Below are positions 60,888 to 64,000 of a stretch of DNA of 64,000 nt, one piece after another. Where the stretch lies: positions 160,001 through 224,000 of the forward strand of contig CAWCDG010000007.1 of NCBI GenBank assembly GCA_963794325.1. Reading direction: 5' to 3'. The position numbers and the translations under genes are program-made. A model generated the notes under the pieces. The model worked only from the letters and a program-made list of their open reading frames with translations. It was not told the origin of the DNA and ran no database searches. The number at the start of each line of letters is the position of its first letter. Within the stretch, counting starts at the first letter, position 1. Source of the stretch: an uncultured delta proteobacterium (GTDB lineage Bacteria > Desulfobacterota > Binatia > Binatales > Binataceae).

Positions 60888-61604
60888 TCAAAATCCTTGT
60901 GCTACCTCAATGACGCTGGCAAGCGAGCAAATTCGAGCCGTGCGGCCCGCAACCGACAGCGCATCCTGCGGGCTTTCGCGATCGATCAGCACCGCGCCCA
61001 TACCGAGCGCCGCGGCCGGTGCGAAGTCGAGATGTTCCGAGTCGCCGATATGCATCGTCTCATCGGCGGTCACGCCAGCTCGTGCGAGGGCCGCGTCATA
61101 CACCTCGCGCCGCGGCTTGGCGTATCCAGCCTCTGACGAAATTGTAATCGAATCGAAAAATCGGGTCAGGTCCAAGCCGTCGAGAATTCGATAGAGGCGA
61201 AAGTCGAAGTTAGAGATCACGCCTAGTTTGAGTCCACCATTTTTTAGACGTTGCAACACCGGCGCAGCTTCAAGATCGGCAATCCAATGGTCCGGATTGG
61301 CGAAGTAGCCGAAAAGAGCGTCGAAGTAGGCGTCAAAATTGCGGAGTTGGCCCAGCGGCGCAAAGGTCTCGCTGACCCGCTGCCGCCACCATTCACGCTC
61401 GAGGCGCCGAATCTCGTCGGGGCGCAGCCCAAGCCCGAAGGCAAGCCCGGGAGCCGCACCGAACGCGCGGCGAAAACTGGCCGCGACCGCGTCCTCGGGA
61501 GCGTCGAGGCCGAACTCCTGCGCGAGGCGGGCGTAAGTGCGTCCGATCGGCTCGCGGGGCTCGAACAGAGTGCCGGCAGCGTCGAAGAATGCGGCTTTGA
61601 TCAA
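60888..61604 (-). CDS. HAD-IA hydrolase (REG-2-like)
   Basis: FFDAAGTL, ISNFDFRL, KP and HIGD. Confidence 0.9.
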   Translation of the reverse strand: MIKAAFFDAAGTLFEPREPIGRTYARLAQEFGLDAPEDAVAASFRRAFGAAPGLAFGLGLRPDEIRRLEREWWRQRVSETFAPLGQLRNFDAYFDALFGYFANPDHWIADLEAAPVLQRLKNGGLKLGVISNFDFRLYRILDGLDLTRFFDSITISSEAGYAKPRREVYDAALARAGVTADETMHIGDSEHLDFAPAAALGMGAVLIDRESPQDALSVAGRTARICSLASVIEVAQGF

Positions 61605-61617
61605 GAAATGCGAACCG

Positions 61618-61785
61618 TCACGGAATTTCGCTTTTAGTGGGAATCGGCGCGGGCTCTTCGGCGGGAGGATCCCGGCGCGCCCACCAGAAGACGTCGCACA
61701 GCACGCCGCATGCCGGGATGTAGATTTTCGGCGGCTCCGCGTGAGTCGAAGGAGTCGAACAATCGGTTTTGTTGTCGGCCGGCAT
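61618..61785 (-). CDS. Possible 55-aa small protein
   Basis: MPADNK...IYIPACGVLCDVFWWARRD...; its stop lies 14 nt before the HAD start. Start uncertain. Confidence 0.4.
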   Translation of the reverse strand: MPADNKTDCSTPSTHAEPPKIYIPACGVLCDVFWWARRDPPAEEPAPIPTKSEIP

Positions 61786-61835
61786 CGCGGAAAGATCGTA
61801 GCTCATACTGAGATAGCGGGGAACTTCATGAATTG

Positions 61836-61987
61836 CCTCGCCCCCTGTGGGGGAAGCCCCGCCGACGCTCGTCCTCGAGCGGCGGGTGAGGGACCAAATT
61901 TGCTCAGATTCCGGATGTGCGGCGCAACCAGACAATCGCGCCGCACAAATGTCCCTCACCCTAACCCTCTCCCCGCGTGGGGCGAGG
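61836..61987. repeat. Inverted pair of A-variant REPs (BIME-like)
   Basis: CCTCGCCCC..GGGGGA...GGGTGAGGGAC and GTCCCTCACCCTAACCCTCTCCCC..GGGGCGAGG. Confidence 0.75.
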
Positions 61988-62012
61988 GAACCAGAAAGAG
62001 CGGCGTGGTAAA

Positions 62013-62888
62013 TCACTGCAGGCCGTCCCAGATTTGGATCAGGACGCCGAAGGCTGAACTGGGCGAGATGAAATATTGACGCTCGCCGCGCCAGTTACGC
62101 TTTTCGTCCACCACGCGGATGCCGTCGCGCTTGAGCTTCTCGCGCGTCTCGTCGAAATTTTTGAGATCGATCGACACGTGATGCATCCCCTCGCCGTAGC
62201 GCGCGATGAACTTGCCGACGAAGTCGTGGTCGGGCTTGTGCGTCGGGCTCTGGATGAATTCCAGCTTGAACCCCGCGACTTCAAGATGGCCGAGGTCGAA
62301 GTTGCCTTCGGAATTGCTGGTGTGAATCTCGTGGCTGATTTTCGTGCCCGGGAAGTAGCTCGTGAAGAACTTGTAGGCCGCGCTGATGTCCTTGACGGCG
62401 AGCGACACGTGATCGAAATGCGCCAGGCCGTCGGGCGCCGGCTTCGGATGCGCCTGTTCCCAATTTGGCGTGTGCCAGAACTGGATCAGCGCGCCGAAAG
62501 CCGATCGCGGCGAGATGAACGCGGTCGCCGAACCAGACTCGTACTTCTGCTCGTCCACGACGCGCACTCCACCTGCCTTGAGATTGGCGACGAGTCGGTC
62601 GAGGCCGTCAGTCTCGATCGACAAATGATGCATCCCCTCGCCGTGCCGCTCGATGAATTTCGTCACGAAGCCGGGCTTGCCGACTGGGTCCTCGATCAGC
62701 TCGACGACAAACCCGCCGAGATGGAAATCCTGCCAATAGAACGATCCGCTGACCTGCTCGTCGAGCGATTTGGCGCCGCGCAATTTGATTGGAAAATACT
62801 TTGCGAAGAAATCGTATGCGCGGTCGATGGACTTCACCGCGATCGAAACATGATCGAACCTCAAGCGAACGTCGTCAGTCACAGCCAT
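62013..62888 (-). CDS. Double-domain VOC protein (two MCE-like domains)
   Basis: Internal duplication of FDHVSxAVK...FI.R.GEGMHH.SI...FISP.SAFG.LIQ.W. Confidence 0.85.
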   Translation of the reverse strand: MAVTDDVRLRFDHVSIAVKSIDRAYDFFAKYFPIKLRGAKSLDEQVSGSFYWQDFHLGGFVVELIEDPVGKPGFVTKFIERHGEGMHHLSIETDGLDRLVANLKAGGVRVVDEQKYESGSATAFISPRSAFGALIQFWHTPNWEQAHPKPAPDGLAHFDHVSLAVKDISAAYKFFTSYFPGTKISHEIHTSNSEGNFDLGHLEVAGFKLEFIQSPTHKPDHDFVGKFIARYGEGMHHVSIDLKNFDETREKLKRDGIRVVDEKRNWRGERQYFISPSSAFGVLIQIWDGLQ

Positions 62889-63056
62889 TCTGAAATGAAT
62901 CTCCTTCGACAAAAATGTGCGCCCTATTTCGATGCGCGTCCCGGGCGGAAGCGCCACAGTAGCCGGAACGAGTTGCGCAAAACCAGCGGCCATCCATTGG
63001 CAATTTTCCCGGCATAAACGCGAACCGACTGGTCGATGTGCGACATCGCCGGCACG

Positions 63057-63719
63057 TCAAAGAAATTCGAGCCTCGCGTCAAGCCGATCGCCGCCGTCAA
63101 TCGTGCGTACAACTATATAGCCGCCGCCCTTGAACGGCCCCGCATTGAAAATCTGCGTCGGACCAATCCGATCTACGCCGGCGGATTCGTGGATGTGCCC
63201 CGAGATGCAAACGTCGGGTTTCACCTCTTCGATAAATTGGCGCGCGGCGGTGCTGCCCACCGGCTGGCCGCTGCGGATTCGATCGCATTTGGTGTCGAAC
63301 GGCGGCGGATGACAAATCATCAGGAGCGGCCGCACGTCGCGGACGGCGTCGTAGCCGGCGCGCAGCGTCGCGTAGATCTCGTCCTCGGTGAACTCCAGCG
63401 GCGTGCCGAACGGCGAAATGTTAGACCCGCCGCATCCGAAGATTCCGACCCCGTCTTTCACGAGCCCCTTGCCATGGAGCGCGATTCCGTCCTCTTCCAG
63501 AAACGGGATCACCTCGCGCTGATCGAGATTGCCAGGCAACGCAAGCACCGCGGGACACGCGCTGCGAACGTCGGTAATCACCTTGCGCGCATCATCGATG
63601 CCGCCGAAGTTGGTGAGGTCTCCCGACAGAATCACCAGATCGCAATCGCGCATCACCTCGCCCATCCGGTCGAGATTGCGAGTCGCCATGTGCACGTCAC
63701 CGAAGGAGATGATCTTCAT
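63057..63719 (-). CDS. Metallophosphoesterase (Icc-related)
   Basis: GDVH, GDLT, PGNLD, HPPP and GHIHE. Confidence 0.9.
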   Translation of the reverse strand: MKIISFGDVHMATRNLDRMGEVMRDCDLVILSGDLTNFGGIDDARKVITDVRSACPAVLALPGNLDQREVIPFLEEDGIALHGKGLVKDGVGIFGCGGSNISPFGTPLEFTEDEIYATLRAGYDAVRDVRPLLMICHPPPFDTKCDRIRSGQPVGSTAARQFIEEVKPDVCISGHIHESAGVDRIGPTQIFNAGPFKGGGYIVVRTIDGGDRLDARLEFL

Positions 63720-63731
63720 AGGAACTAGTCG

Positions 63732-63913
63732 ACTTTATTGTAATGAAACCCGCGGTGGGTTTCATACTTCCTTCGGCAGGGGTGACCCCTGCACCCGGTG
63801 ATAAGAGAAAGATGCAGGACTTCGTCCCTGTTAGAAGTTAGTAGGAAAGAGAGCCGCGCCTTTTCTCCGCGATTGTTCCCCTTCCCTCGAGGGAAGGGGT
63901 TAGGGGTTAGGTT
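63732..63913. repeat. Composite: family B (+, to 63799) and family A (-, 63871..63913)
   Basis: ACTTTATTGTAATGAAACCCGCGGTGGGTTTCA...GCAGGGGTGACCCCTGCACCC, then an inverted A copy. Confidence 0.9.
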
Positions 63914-64000
63914 GTTTGCTTCGACCACCACGTTGCTTGCGCGCCGCTCTTCCCTTGCGACGACCGGAACCGCATAACCAGAGGATGTCCTCGCCAGATA

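Overview
GC-rich bacterial chromosomal window, mostly housekeeping and metabolic genes. The gene content and the deltaproteobacterial-style hem operon suggest Candidatus Binatota or a relative; this is inference, not verified. Contents in order: GH1 beta-glucosidase, rnhA, glgA, lon, a sirC-ccsA-hemA-hemC-cobA/hemD operon converging on hemB, a Tad/Flp pilus locus with three tandem pilins and a convergent sigma54 response regulator, mazEF beside tRNA-Asn, LLM and hydrolase genes, a Re-citrate synthase, an orphan nuoI, thiC, moeZ, a TetR-controlled SDR/MFS/FAD-oxidase cassette and mce. No integrase, transposase, CRISPR array or prophage was seen. The least explained signals are: (1) two paralogous 58-aa tail-anchored micro-proteins behind a sigma54 promoter; (2) a modular intergenic repeat system in which a double-hairpin module B is always paired with either a TTAGGGG-containing hairpin (A) or an inverted-repeat module (C) whose core is flipped between copies; (3) local strand-specific C depletion beside some repeats; (4) the sigma54/enhancer layout of the triple-pilin locus. 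Three genes carry +1 frameshifts, probably sequencing errors. All family assignments come from recalled motifs; no searches were run.
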